Part shown: positions 34,108 to 44,343 of the stretch, piece by piece
How the letters are laid out: each line of letters starts with the position of its first letter
Numbering within the stretch: the stretch's first letter is position 1
NCBI GenBank assembly: GCA_964397195.1
Contig: CAYNGY010000005.1
Coordinates: 685-64,684 of the forward strand
Length of the DNA: 64,000 bases
DNA from: an uncultured Gammaproteobacteria bacterium
Lineage (GTDB): Bacteria > Patescibacteriota > Patescibacteriia > SBBC01 > CAIJZX01
Direction: 5' to 3'
Position numbers and translations under genes: made by a program
The notes under the pieces: model-generated
What the model saw: only the letters and a program-made list of their open reading frames with translations
Database searches by the model: none
What the model was told of the DNA's origin: nothing

Positions 34108-36967
34108 CCGGAAGGCGGTCGCTCTCGACACTTTTTCCAGCAGTTGTTTTTACGACGAGGTATAAGCGATACGCGCCGGGCGTTGAGGTGGCCCACGAAA
34201 ATACAACTTGGGTGTCAGGCGGGGCAGTAACTCGGTCGAGGAGGACCTGCGTCCCGTCGGTGGCATTATTGTACAAGGAGACAGTACTAATCCCCTTCGG
34301 GTCAAAAGCATATGCCTTCACGGCGACCGGGAAGGACCCGGCGGATATTTTTTCGCCCGCCCGGGGCTGGAGGAAATAGACCGTTGTTTCTTGTTGAGCG
34401 AGCGTGTTTATAGAGACACTGGCCGAGGCCGTCGCCCCGACAGCGTCTACAGCACTAACCAAGAGCGTGTGGAACCCGTTGGTGACGCCGCCCAGATCGA
34501 ATGACGCCGAATATGGCGCCGTTGTTGTTGATCCTAGGACTTGATCGTCGAGCGTGTAGGTGACAGTGACACTGTCGCCAAAGTTAGCGAGCGAGACCTC
34601 AGTCGATAACGTAGACCCGGACACGGTGGCGTTGTTTAGTGGTGAGGCGATCGTGACAGTCGGCGTGGTTGTCGAGACGCGTCGATCACAGGAATCGTCG
34701 GCGGGCATTTTTGACAAGTAACCGTTCTTTTTTGCCCATTGCTGGATCGGCCCCTCCCATCGGGAAAACATCGGGTCGCTGGCGGGATTCTTTGGTGCAT
34801 CGCCGGTCGGATCCTCCCGATCAACATAGAACAGAATCGTGTGGGCTTCTTTTATGGTCACCTCTTTTTTGAAAGCGGCCGGCCACGATGCAACACAGGC
34901 GTCAGGGATTCTTTTACCAGACTCGGTGTCCACCGCGACCACTGTTTCATTCGCGACCGCCCCGCTCAAGGCCGGTTTCGTGCTCTTTGGTGCGACATAT
35001 GATTTAAATTTCTCCACCTTTGTTCCCTTTGTGGCTCGAATCATAAAGTTTTGCCAGATCGGAGCGGCAACAACCACGCCGTCCATCCCCCGATTCATTG
35101 CGGTGTTGTCGTTATTGCCGACCCAAACCCCGGTGGCGAGAGACGGCGTAAATCCCATCGTCCAACCATCCTTCCAGTCGTTGGTCGTCCCGGTTTTTGC
35201 GGCGACGGGACGATCGGGGAGCGTCAGGGCGTTGTGGCTACCAAATACATAGGCGCGGGCCGCGTTGTCGGACATAACGCTTTGCAACATGCGCACCGCG
35301 TTTTGGTCTACCGCACGCGTCTCGTTCTTCTTAAACTCCTCGAGCGTCTTCCCGTTTTTATCTTTAACCTCCAAAATGCCGGTGACCGGGTTCTGGAGCC
35401 CGTCGTTTGCGAGCGCGGCGAAAGCGCCGACGTGTTCGACGAGCCGAACTCCGCCGCCACCGATAGCGAGAGCTAACCCGACCTTTGATCGATCAATGGT
35501 GGAGTATCCTAATTTCTCGGCCAAGTTCAGAACATTTGGAATACCAGCGAGATATAGCGTTTTTACGGCCGGAATATTGAGTGACCCAGCGAGCGTTTGG
35601 CGCATTTTCAGTGGACCGTGCTCGCGGAAGTCATAATTATTTGGGATGAAATCTTTCCCGGATCCGTCGGGACCAAAATTGGTCTTTAAGTCGAACAATA
35701 CCGTGTCCGGCGTGTATCCCCGGGTGAAGGCGGTTAGATAGACAATGGGCTTAAAGGATGATCCGGGATTTCGAATGCCGGTGGCGGCGTTAAATTGGCC
35801 GTTATGGGCCTTGTCAAAGAAGTCGCGCGAACCAACCATGGCCAGGATTTGGCCCGTTTTCGGGTCCACCGAAACAAGAGCGGCATTATCCGCGCCGCGT
35901 TTATCATTCTTTTTTGCGCCAGCGGACACTTCCTCCTCGGCGATTTTTTGAAGCTTCGCATCCAGCGTGGTTTTTACGGACAAGCCGCCCTGTTCGACGG
36001 TTAGCTCACCATATTTTTGGACCAAGATGTCGCGAATGTAAAAAACGAAGTGCGGCGCCACAATCTTGTCTTGGAACGCCGGAACCTTCTTTAACACATC
36101 TTCTTGCATGGCGGCATCGGCTGCCTCCTGGGTGATATATCCCTGCTCAACCATATTCGACAACACGCGATGTTGGCGTTCAATTAATTGGTCGGTGTGG
36201 GACCCGCGTGGTGAATAGTAGCTTGGGATCTGGACCATTGCGGCCAAGGTCGCGCTTTCAGCTAATGTTAAGTCTTTCGCGCTAACACCGAAGTACGTGT
36301 GAGCGGCCGCCTCGACGCCATAGGCGGTCGAGCCCCAGGGAATTTCGTTGAAATATAGCTTCAGGATCTGGTCTTTATCGTATCGGCGCTCTAGCTGATA
36401 ACTGAGGATTATTTCCTTTAACTTGCGGATAAAGCTTTTTTCTTTGGTCAGGATGGCGTTCTTCACGAGCTGTTGGGTGAGCGTTGACCCGCCTTGCGCG
36501 CGCGTTCCGCGGACGATGTCGACCCAAACGGAACGGATCAGGCCGCGAACGGAAAATCCGGAATGTTTGTAATAATCTTTATCCTCGATGGCGATAACAG
36601 CGTGTATAACGTCTGGCGAAATGTCTTTCAGCTCGACGATGGTGCGCTTTTGGTCGCCGTGAATCTCATATAAGAGCGTTGAGCCATCACGCGCGTAAAT
36701 TTTTGTACTTTGCGCGACACGACGAAACTCGAGGTTGTTTGGGTTAGGAAGGGACTGGGATGCCCAGGCCACCACCAAAATAACAACCACGGCCACGCAA
36801 GCAATCCCAAAGCCGAGAAGACGAGTGATTCGCCCCCACGTCCAAAAGCGCTCGCCGGCCCGTCGTCCCAACAGTCGGTCAAAAAAACGACGGAGGCGCG
36901 TCCGTTCGCGACGCGTTTCGGATGGGACAGAGATCCGTCGATGTCGACGAAAGGATGGCCAGGTCAT
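34094..36967 (-). CDS. class A penicillin-binding protein (PBP1A; transglycosylase + transpeptidase) with C-terminal Ig-like extensions
   Basis: GT51 motifs (IAIEDKDYYKHSG, RAQGGSTLTQQLVKN), transpeptidase SxxK/SxN/KTG motifs, N-terminal TM. Long beta-rich C-terminal extension. Confidence 0.9.
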   Translation of the reverse strand: MTWPSFRRHRRISVPSETRRERTRLRRFFDRLLGRRAGERFWTWGRITRLLGFGIACVAVVVILVVAWASQSLPNPNNLEFRRVAQSTKIYARDGSTLLYEIHGDQKRTIVELKDISPDVIHAVIAIEDKDYYKHSGFSVRGLIRSVWVDIVRGTRAQGGSTLTQQLVKNAILTKEKSFIRKLKEIILSYQLERRYDKDQILKLYFNEIPWGSTAYGVEAAAHTYFGVSAKDLTLAESATLAAMVQIPSYYSPRGSHTDQLIERQHRVLSNMVEQGYITQEAADAAMQEDVLKKVPAFQDKIVAPHFVFYIRDILVQKYGELTVEQGGLSVKTTLDAKLQKIAEEEVSAGAKKNDKRGADNAALVSVDPKTGQILAMVGSRDFFDKAHNGQFNAATGIRNPGSSFKPIVYLTAFTRGYTPDTVLFDLKTNFGPDGSGKDFIPNNYDFREHGPLKMRQTLAGSLNIPAVKTLYLAGIPNVLNLAEKLGYSTIDRSKVGLALAIGGGGVRLVEHVGAFAALANDGLQNPVTGILEVKDKNGKTLEEFKKNETRAVDQNAVRMLQSVMSDNAARAYVFGSHNALTLPDRPVAAKTGTTNDWKDGWTMGFTPSLATGVWVGNNDNTAMNRGMDGVVVAAPIWQNFMIRATKGTKVEKFKSYVAPKSTKPALSGAVANETVVAVDTESGKRIPDACVASWPAAFKKEVTIKEAHTILFYVDREDPTGDAPKNPASDPMFSRWEGPIQQWAKKNGYLSKMPADDSCDRRVSTTTPTVTIASPLNNATVSGSTLSTEVSLANFGDSVTVTYTLDDQVLGSTTTAPYSASFDLGGVTNGFHTLLVSAVDAVGATASASVSINTLAQQETTVYFLQPRAGEKISAGSFPVAVKAYAFDPKGISTVSLYNNATDGTQVLLDRVTAPPDTQVVFSWATSTPGAYRLYLVVKTTAGKSVESDRLPVTVQ

Positions 36968-37013
36968 AAACGTTGTCGATTATACCCTTTTCCTGCTATA
37001 TTTTCAAGTACCT

Positions 37014-38213
37014 ATGAGCCAACCCACCGCAGCCATACAAGACCTCTTACACCGCAATGTCTCCGAAGTTATTGAGAGTGAGCGCCTACGAATGCGCCTC
37101 CAGCGCGGCAAGCCCTTGCGAATCAAGCTCGGTATTGATCCAACCTCTCACTATTTACACCTCGGTCATGCCGTAGTGTTACGGAAGCTTCGGGCGTTTC
37201 AGCGCGCTGGCCACATCGCGGTTCTAGTAATAGGCGATTTTACGGCTCGGATTGGTGACCCGAGCGGCCGAGACACCGGGCGCCCAAGTCTGACCAAAAA
37301 GATCGTTGACGCGTATGCCGAAACGTATCTCGAGCAGGCGGGAAAAATTCTCGACTTGCGAAAGACCGAGGTTCATCGTAATAGTGAATGGCTAGAGGCC
37401 CTTTCGGCGGCCGATATCTTTAAGTTATTAGGATCAACCACGATCCAGCAATTACTTGCCCACGAAACATTCGGTGGTCGGCTAAAATCGGGGCAGCCGC
37501 TAGGCGCCCACGAAATACTCTACCCACTCCTCCAGGGCTACGACTCGGTAGCTATTGAGGCCGACCTTGAACTGGGCGGGGCTGACCAGCGCTTCAATGT
37601 TTTATTTGGGCGCGAGGTGCAGCGAGCGAACGGTATCGACGAGCAGGACGTGATGTTGATGGAATATCTGGTGGGCACTGATGGGAAAAAGAAGATGGGG
37701 AAGTCCCTGGGCAACACGATTAACCTCACCGACACGGCCGAAGACATGTTCGGCAAGATCATGTCCATTCCTGATGTGGCGATCCCGGACTACTTTCTGT
37801 TAGCAACCGATGCGGACGAGGTGTTTGTGGCCGAAGTGAAGAAGCGCCTTCGTGCAAAAAAACACAATCCACGCGATGATAAAATAGAGCTGGCTCGCCG
37901 CATTGTGACGGAGTATTTTGCGACCGATGTAGCCAGCGCGGCAGAGGAGCGGTTTACGCGGGTCCATCAGCGCCATGAACTTCCGACGTCGATGCCAGAG
38001 ATTCACATTCGGGCGGGCGAACACAATATCCTCGATCTACTCGTCAGTCATAAAATTGTCGGCAGTCGTTCGGAGGCGCGCCGGCTCGTTGAACAGGGCG
38101 GTGTGCGCGTTAATCGTCAGGCCATCACCGATTGGCAGGCCCCAATCCATGTTCTGAATGGCGCGACACTCGAGGTCGGAAAAAAACGCTTCTTTACGTT
38201 GAAGACCTCTTGA
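37014..38213 (+). CDS. tyrS: tyrosyl-tRNA synthetase
   Basis: HIGH variant HYLHLGH, KMSKS variant KMGKSLGN, C-terminal S4 domain. True start MSQPTAAIQ; the track ORF 36735 is extended. TTGTCG-N18-TATATT upstream. Confidence 0.9.
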   Translation: MSQPTAAIQDLLHRNVSEVIESERLRMRLQRGKPLRIKLGIDPTSHYLHLGHAVVLRKLRAFQRAGHIAVLVIGDFTARIGDPSGRDTGRPSLTKKIVDAYAETYLEQAGKILDLRKTEVHRNSEWLEALSAADIFKLLGSTTIQQLLAHETFGGRLKSGQPLGAHEILYPLLQGYDSVAIEADLELGGADQRFNVLFGREVQRANGIDEQDVMLMEYLVGTDGKKKMGKSLGNTINLTDTAEDMFGKIMSIPDVAIPDYFLLATDADEVFVAEVKKRLRAKKHNPRDDKIELARRIVTEYFATDVASAAEERFTRVHQRHELPTSMPEIHIRAGEHNILDLLVSHKIVGSRSEARRLVEQGGVRVNRQAITDWQAPIHVLNGATLEVGKKRFFTLKTS

Positions 38214-39180
38214 ACGATTCGCGGTAGAAGTCGGCGGCCTCTTCTGGTGGAACCGAGTTAACGACAAGGCGAGATCCGAGCTCGAGCCCGGCCCAGACAT
38301 CGCGACGTGGCGCGATACGGAGGTACATGTGCTCGCTTTGGTCGGCGACAACCTGGTGAAGGTAGAAATTATAGGGTAGCCCCTCGCGGTTAAGGCGCTC
38401 GAGGATTTTTTTAAGAAATTTAGCCATCTCCGCGATCTCTTTGACGCTCAGTTGACTTATATTATCAACGCGTCGCCACGGCATGATCCAGGCCTCGTAG
38501 TTGTAGAGCGAGGCATATGGCGTGAGGGCACACACGGCGTCGCCGGACGCGATCCAGCGAGGGCCACGCTCTTCTTGGATAAGCAGGTCGCTGTAGTAGT
38601 CAGAGCCGTGCGTAATGCGGTATTCTTCGGCACGCTCGCGGCGGGTGACGATATGTGGAGGGACGTATTCGGAAGCGAAGATTTGCGAATGGGCGTGGTT
38701 GAGTGACGCGCCGGCCCGCCCGCCGTTATTTTTAAAAACGAGAATATACTTAATGCGCTTGTCTTTCTGAAGCGCCTTGACGCGCTGACCGTACACTCGG
38801 AGGAGTCTCGTGATGTGGGTTTCACTAAGTTGCGCGAGCTCGACCCCGTAGTCAGGGGTCTCCACAACCACTTCTTGATATCCGTATGCTTTCGGATTGT
38901 CACGACTCATGACCGGAAATAGGTTTTTGATGACCTTAATCTGCCAATGTTTCTTTCCGCCGACCTCAAGCAGGCCTCGGCCATGCATTTTTTCTATTTC
39001 GGCCGGACTAAAAATGTCATGCACCGGCCCGGTGGGGATGGTTGTTGTCTGCGTGCCCGGGTCGTGGGGACGCTTGCCACGATTTGGGGCGATAATAACC
39101 TGCCGATCGTGAATATAATCGACGCGAATCTCAGGCTTGGTCAGCCGTGTTTTTGCGGATGCGTTCGTAGAGTCGGACAT
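38194..39180 (-). CDS. galactose-1-phosphate uridylyltransferase-like (GalT/HIT superfamily) nucleotidyltransferase
   Basis: HxHxQ active-site motif NHAHSQIF; N-terminal RVDYIHDRQVIIAPNRGKRPHD matches the GalT N-terminus. Start uncertain (overlaps the glgA 3' end). Confidence 0.65.
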   Translation of the reverse strand: MSDSTNASAKTRLTKPEIRVDYIHDRQVIIAPNRGKRPHDPGTQTTTIPTGPVHDIFSPAEIEKMHGRGLLEVGGKKHWQIKVIKNLFPVMSRDNPKAYGYQEVVVETPDYGVELAQLSETHITRLLRVYGQRVKALQKDKRIKYILVFKNNGGRAGASLNHAHSQIFASEYVPPHIVTRRERAEEYRITHGSDYYSDLLIQEERGPRWIASGDAVCALTPYASLYNYEAWIMPWRRVDNISQLSVKEIAEMAKFLKKILERLNREGLPYNFYLHQVVADQSEHMYLRIAPRRDVWAGLELGSRLVVNSVPPEEAADFYRESFKRSST

Positions 39181-40564
39181 ATTCAATAGACGAAGTATAC
39201 CACGAATGATCAATATTCATGGAGTACTGGATGATTTGACGGAGCCGACGTGTGTCGGGGTACAACGCCAGGGCGCGTTCAATGGTCGCCCATAGCGCTT
39301 CGGGATCTGGCTTGGTGAACACTAGGCCGTTGCCATGGGCGGGAAAGGCATCAACGTCCACCACGGTATCATGAAGTCCGCCGGTGTCGCGGACGATCGG
39401 TATGGCGCCGTACCGGAGGGCGATCAGTTGGCCGAGCCCACAGGGCTCAAAGAGTGAGGGCATCAGGAAAAAATCACCGGCCGCATACAGCCGTCGACCT
39501 AGGGCGGAATCAAATGTCAGGCGACTACGAACACCCGGCCATTTTTCGGCCTGACGCAGGGCAGCTTCTATTTCCGGAAATCCGGTGCCGAGAAAGGCGA
39601 CCTGTGCCCCACGAGCCTGTAGGCGCTCGATCAGCGGTAGAATGAGGTTGATGCCCTTCTGACCGACAAGGCGGCCCACAGTGACAAATAACGGGGCCTG
39701 AGCGGCCTCTGGGAGCCCAAGCGCGCGCTGCACGGCGAGTTTGTTCTCGGGTTTTCCGGTGACGAAGGTGTTCGCGTTATATGTTTGGGCAAGGGCGAGG
39801 TCTGTTTCGGGATTGTATGACTCGTTATCAATCCCGTTCAGTATCCCAACCACACCGCCGGCGGACAATTCTTGGTCAAGGCGCTCACCGTGTTCAGGTG
39901 AGACGATTTCAGCGGCGTACGTCGGGCTCACTGTCGTGACTTGATGAGCGTGGGTGATGCCAAGTTGCAATAGATTTAGATCGCCGCGTTGGTCGCGGAG
40001 CGTCCACCGGTCAGCTAGTCGTGGCGGTAGCCACGCGGCCGCCTCATCGCCGCTCCAGACGCCTTGGATATCAAGATTATGGATCGTGAGAATGGACGCC
40101 GGGTCGTTGGGCTGATCAAGGAGTGCTGGCAAGAGGGCGGTGTGCCAATCGTGGCAGTGGACGATATCCGGTTTCCATGGGCTGGCGCGAAGCAGTGCTT
40201 CGATGGCGAGCGAAAATCGTACAAAGCGCTGAATAACGCCGCGAAGTGTTTCCGGGTCCTGCCCAAGCGGGTAGACGGTACCTCGAAATTCGTTTGGCCA
40301 GCCAACAAGATAGAGTGGGACGGAGGATTGAGGCAGAACCGTTTCACGGACGTGCACGGTTCCCGACTGGCCGGAGAATTCGGCCGTGGCCGCCCATGGG
40401 GTTGGCGTGGCCTGCGTCGTCGTTAGCGCCTCATAGTCTGGTAAAAAGATACGGACGTCATGACCCTGGGCGACAAGGGCCTTCGAAAGCGCGCCTACAA
40501 CATCTGCTAGGCCGCCTACCTTGATGAGGGGAGTACATTCGGCGGCAACAAAGGCGATGCGCAT
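39131..40564 (-). CDS. glgA: glycogen (starch) synthase, GT5 family
   Basis: MRIAFVAAECTPLIKVGGLADVVGAL (KxGGL motif) and the C-terminal GT-B nucleotide-sugar binding region. Confidence 0.85.
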   Translation of the reverse strand: MRIAFVAAECTPLIKVGGLADVVGALSKALVAQGHDVRIFLPDYEALTTTQATPTPWAATAEFSGQSGTVHVRETVLPQSSVPLYLVGWPNEFRGTVYPLGQDPETLRGVIQRFVRFSLAIEALLRASPWKPDIVHCHDWHTALLPALLDQPNDPASILTIHNLDIQGVWSGDEAAAWLPPRLADRWTLRDQRGDLNLLQLGITHAHQVTTVSPTYAAEIVSPEHGERLDQELSAGGVVGILNGIDNESYNPETDLALAQTYNANTFVTGKPENKLAVQRALGLPEAAQAPLFVTVGRLVGQKGINLILPLIERLQARGAQVAFLGTGFPEIEAALRQAEKWPGVRSRLTFDSALGRRLYAAGDFFLMPSLFEPCGLGQLIALRYGAIPIVRDTGGLHDTVVDVDAFPAHGNGLVFTKPDPEALWATIERALALYPDTRRLRQIIQYSMNIDHSWYTSSIEYVRLYERIRKNTADQA

Positions 40565-40568
40565 ATAT

Positions 40569-41645
40569 TTATTCTAGGTCGGTCAGGGCTTGGCGCATTT
40601 CCCGGAGAAAGATGTGGTAGGCGCGCTCTAGGGCTGGGCGCTGGGACGCCGGAAGGCGAGGGTAGCGATTGGGCTGGGCGTGGTTGAGGCGGATATAACA
40701 GAACCCGGCCAAGCGTGTGGCCAACGAAAGTGTAGCAAGTGCCCAGGCTCGACTCGTTGTCGGCCCTTGCCCCAGTTGTTTCTCGGTGACCAAGCGGAAT
40801 TGTCGTTGCCAGCGCGGATTGCGCCAGGCGTGAAGATAGACCATGACAGCATCGAACGTCGGGATATTTGCGTGGGCGAGCTCCCAGTCAAAAACAACCA
40901 CTGGGCGTCTCCCGGTTGAGCGAACCATGATGTTAGTTGGGTACATGTCGCCGTGCGTGAAGGTGTTGGCGTGTCGCGCAAAAAATGTTTTTGCTGAAAG
41001 GAGGGCCTCAGCAATTCGATCAACGTCGTCGGTCGTCCATCCGGCCGTCGGGTGTCGACGAAGCATCGGCCGAAGAAACTCGCGTTCGTAGTAGTGAAAA
41101 TCGAGCATGTACCAGCCGAGGCCGTGAACTTCCAGCCTGGATCGGCGACGGAAGAACGCGGACATGCCGCGAATATCATCTACGATGGCAGCCATTGCCT
41201 GTGGTCGGACGGCGCGGAAAAAGGATGGCGAAAAGCCAAACCATTCGGTCATATCGCCGGCAAACATCCCGTCCCAATATCGTCTGACCAGCCAAAGCCG
41301 ACCGCGCGCGTCATGGTGAGCGATGTATGACGGGGAGTCAAAGTGGGGACTGGTGCGCTTTTCGTAGGCGGCGAATAATTGCTGAACACGAATTTCTTCG
41401 CGCAGGGCGCGACGAAGATGCGGCTCTTGTTGGAGTGAGGCCTTAAACCAGACGACGGTTTTTTTTGCGGTAACCATCGGGGCCATGTAGTACCGCGCTT
41501 GACGGCCGATGGCCTCGTTGATGGTGTCGGTTTCGCGTAGGGGCCGGAGCTTCAGGGCCGCGAGGCTGGACTCAATCCATGGAACAATCCCGGGGATGAG
41601 GCGATAGGGTTTCATAGGGAGAGCCGAGATTAGTCGCGGAAACAA
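40569..41645 (-). CDS. APH/eukaryotic-like kinase-fold phosphotransferase (possible maltokinase-type sugar kinase)
   Basis: Catalytic HGDMYPTNIMV (HGDxxxxN) and VVFDWELA (DxD/DFG-like). Sits inside the alpha-glucan gene cluster. Confidence 0.55.
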   Translation of the reverse strand: MFPRLISALPMKPYRLIPGIVPWIESSLAALKLRPLRETDTINEAIGRQARYYMAPMVTAKKTVVWFKASLQQEPHLRRALREEIRVQQLFAAYEKRTSPHFDSPSYIAHHDARGRLWLVRRYWDGMFAGDMTEWFGFSPSFFRAVRPQAMAAIVDDIRGMSAFFRRRSRLEVHGLGWYMLDFHYYEREFLRPMLRRHPTAGWTTDDVDRIAEALLSAKTFFARHANTFTHGDMYPTNIMVRSTGRRPVVVFDWELAHANIPTFDAVMVYLHAWRNPRWQRQFRLVTEKQLGQGPTTSRAWALATLSLATRLAGFCYIRLNHAQPNRYPRLPASQRPALERAYHIFLREMRQALTDLE

Positions 41646-41664
41646 AAACTACTCAGATGCCGAT

Positions 41665-41701
41665 ATTGTACCACACAAATGCCCGCCGGGAAGCGGCGGG
41701 C
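41665..41701 (-). promoter_or_regulatory. terminator hairpin (GCCCGCCG-GGAA-CGGCGGGC) followed by extended -10 TGTGGTACAAT on the minus strand
   Basis: Lies between the GH57 stop and the kinase start: 8-bp GC stem, then AUUUGUGUGGUACAAU on the transcribed strand. Confidence 0.4.
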
Positions 41702-41728
41702 AGGCGGAGAAACGAAGCCCAGTAGTTG

Positions 41729-43096
41729 TTATGACTCGACCGATTTGTCGTACGAGCGGAGCTCCTTAATGCGGTCGCGTAGTTGTGCGGCTCGCTCGAA
41801 CTCCTGTCGCGAGGCCATTAGGGCCATTTCTTTTTCAAGATTTGCGACGATCTTCTCGATCTCCGCTTTTGGCAGATCAGGGATCGTCTCATCAGTGCGC
41901 TGTCGCACCTCCTCATCCTCTTGTCTGGCAAGCTCATCAACAACGCCCTCTCGTTGCCACTCGAATCCTTGGAATAGGATATTTTGGTAGAGCTCTTGGG
42001 CGCGTACTTTATCGGCCGGGGTGGATTTCGGGGAGATATTAATCGTGTCCCGTAGTTCTTTTGCGCCGCGCTCGATCATTTCAAGCGACCACCATGGTTT
42101 GGCGCTGGCCCACCAGTACTGGTCGGAGTGAAGCGCGCGGTCGAGCGCGATTCGAGCGGCCGGAAAGCCCGGGTCGGTCGTTGGCGTGCGGTGGACGGTT
42201 TCGATCGCGAGATTCGTTAGCTGCCATTGCATGGTATGAATCGGGTTTTGGCTGTCTTGCCAACGGGAGAATGGCTCGCTCTTTTCTAGATCTTTTTCCA
42301 TTAACGCCCACGTTGACGGCAGTGTCGGAGTCGTGGTGCGTTTTGGGAAGGCGGTGAGAAGATCTGAGATAAGAGCGGTCTCAACGATCTTTGATTCGTA
42401 GATCTCAAACAACAGGTGCTCGAGGCCGGGACGGTGGTGACCAAAGGTCTCGCCATCCATCGCGGTCAGCAGATACTCGTCTTTCTTCAGGCGGTCACCA
42501 AGGCTGGAGAGCAGCAATGAGCCGGTACCAATCTGGCCGGACAGGATTTTGTAGCTCATGTTCCGCTCGCGGAAGAAAATGTTGAAGTCAGGGACGCCCT
42601 CGACTTGGTAAATAGTCGTTGGATCTAGTCGGCCTCGTTCGCGGCTGTATGAGAGCTCATCAACGATAATCCACTTGTACCCCATTTTTGCTACCACCTC
42701 GGCCACGTGCGTTGAGAAGGCCATTTCCGGTGGGAAAAACCCGATCGGTTTATACAGATCGCCGAAGTATTTCTTGTGGGTCTCGTTGTTTAACTCAACC
42801 TGGCGAATGATTTCATCGTCAGGCAGCATCGGGAGAAGCGGATGGTACTTCGCTGAGGCGGTCAATTCGATTTGACCGCGTCGGAGTAGCTCACGAAGTC
42901 CGTCGATGACGTCATGTTCGCCATTTGCATCAAGCAACTCGTCGAGGATCCCATTAATGTTAATAGTGACCCGAGCGGTCGGATGTTCTAGTAGCCCTTG
43001 GACGAGGCGTCGATAGGACTCGGCGGTAATCTTTTTGACCCAAAATGATTTTTGGGTTGGTGGTTGGTAGAAATGAAGAAAGTTGGCCCATAGCAT
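41729..43096 (-). CDS. GH57-family glycoside hydrolase (alpha-amylase/branching-enzyme type) with C-terminal UVR domain
   Basis: GH57 regions HFYQPP, FFPPEMAF (nucleophile Glu), TAMDGETFGHH (acid/base Asp), HSDQYWWAS. C-terminal KAEIEKIVANLEKEMALMASRQEFERAAQLRDRIKELRS is a UVR (UvrB/UvrC-type) motif. Confidence 0.75.
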   Translation of the reverse strand: MLWANFLHFYQPPTQKSFWVKKITAESYRRLVQGLLEHPTARVTININGILDELLDANGEHDVIDGLRELLRRGQIELTASAKYHPLLPMLPDDEIIRQVELNNETHKKYFGDLYKPIGFFPPEMAFSTHVAEVVAKMGYKWIIVDELSYSRERGRLDPTTIYQVEGVPDFNIFFRERNMSYKILSGQIGTGSLLLSSLGDRLKKDEYLLTAMDGETFGHHRPGLEHLLFEIYESKIVETALISDLLTAFPKRTTTPTLPSTWALMEKDLEKSEPFSRWQDSQNPIHTMQWQLTNLAIETVHRTPTTDPGFPAARIALDRALHSDQYWWASAKPWWSLEMIERGAKELRDTINISPKSTPADKVRAQELYQNILFQGFEWQREGVVDELARQEDEEVRQRTDETIPDLPKAEIEKIVANLEKEMALMASRQEFERAAQLRDRIKELRSYDKSVES

Positions 43097-43125
43097 AGGC
43101 CACTAGTATAGCAGATCGCGGGGTT

Positions 43126-44343
43126 TTATACCTGCCCGCCGCCCATGTAGCGGACGTCCCCAGTGTCTTCGAGGTACGCTTGTTGGCGCTTTTTAGCCAA
43201 CCCCGTCCGCTCCCAGAGCTCGACTGAGACGCTGATTTGTTGGACAATCTGCTCAACCGCATTTCGGCTACTAGCCGGAATGGAGGTTAGCGGTCCGATT
43301 GCGTCCGCTAATTTTTGGGTCTCACGAAGGATAATAGACAGATCCCACCACGGCGAGGCTGAGGCCCACCAATATCGATCAGAGGCCAGCGCCCGGTCGA
43401 GAAGTCGTCGGGCGGCGGAATAGTTTGGGTCGCTCGCAGCGGCGCTAACGATTTTAATTACGGCGTTTGTGAGCGCCCACTGATCGCGATGGACAGGATT
43501 GTCTGGATGTGACCACAGGCTATATGGGATGTCGTGCTCAATGTCGCGGGGCTGGGAAGACCAGCTTCCGGCTCGGGCAGATAACGGGGCGGCCGGGCCA
43601 GCATTCACGAACTCAGAAATAGTGGCGGTGGTGACGCCGGGGTAGGTGACGAGGAATTCCCACAGCTTTTCGACGCCATGACGGTGATGACCGAGATTTT
43701 CGCCGTCCATAGCCGTGATCAGCAACTCGCGGCTTCGTTTGTCTTCGGAGATAGCTCGTAGTCCGTCAGCCGGGTTCCCTAGATCGGAAGAGAATGAAAG
43801 GTAGTCGCTAATATGTCGGTTCCGAAAGATGACGCGGAGACCGCCCGGCGTGGTGTATGGCCGATCGATTGGGAGACGGCCAACGGTACCGTCGCCACAA
43901 ACCTCGTCGAGAATAATCCACTCATAGCCAAGGGCGCGAAGAATCGGATCGAGCGATGGCGCATACGCCATTTCCGGACAATAGAACCCGCGTGGCCGAA
44001 AGGATGGCCCGAAGATGCGACCATGAAAAGCCTCTTGGAGTTGAATCTGGCGACGAATTTCGTCGGCCGGTAAGAGCGGGAGAATGGGATGGTACATCGC
44101 ACTGCCCACCAGCTCAACTTGGCCACGGGCAATCAGCGCCCGAAACCGGTCGAGGACATCGCCAAGCTCAAGCGCTTCAAGCTGTTCGCTCAGGGCAGCG
44201 GTGATATTCATGGTGATCTTTAGGCTGGGATGGGCCTCGAGAATTGACAACACGGGACGGTAGGACTCATTCGTGACGCGACGAATGATTGCCTCGTCCC
44301 ACGCGGGTGGTTGGTAAATGTGGAAGAAGTTAAGCCACTGCAT
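43126..44343 (-). CDS. GH57-family glycoside hydrolase (second paralog)
   Basis: FFHIYQPP, FYCPEMAY, TAMDGENLGHH, ASDRYWWAS. Start at MQWLNFFHIYQPP. Confidence 0.75.
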   Translation of the reverse strand: MQWLNFFHIYQPPAWDEAIIRRVTNESYRPVLSILEAHPSLKITMNITAALSEQLEALELGDVLDRFRALIARGQVELVGSAMYHPILPLLPADEIRRQIQLQEAFHGRIFGPSFRPRGFYCPEMAYAPSLDPILRALGYEWIILDEVCGDGTVGRLPIDRPYTTPGGLRVIFRNRHISDYLSFSSDLGNPADGLRAISEDKRSRELLITAMDGENLGHHRHGVEKLWEFLVTYPGVTTATISEFVNAGPAAPLSARAGSWSSQPRDIEHDIPYSLWSHPDNPVHRDQWALTNAVIKIVSAAASDPNYSAARRLLDRALASDRYWWASASPWWDLSIILRETQKLADAIGPLTSIPASSRNAVEQIVQQISVSVELWERTGLAKKRQQAYLEDTGDVRYMGGGQV

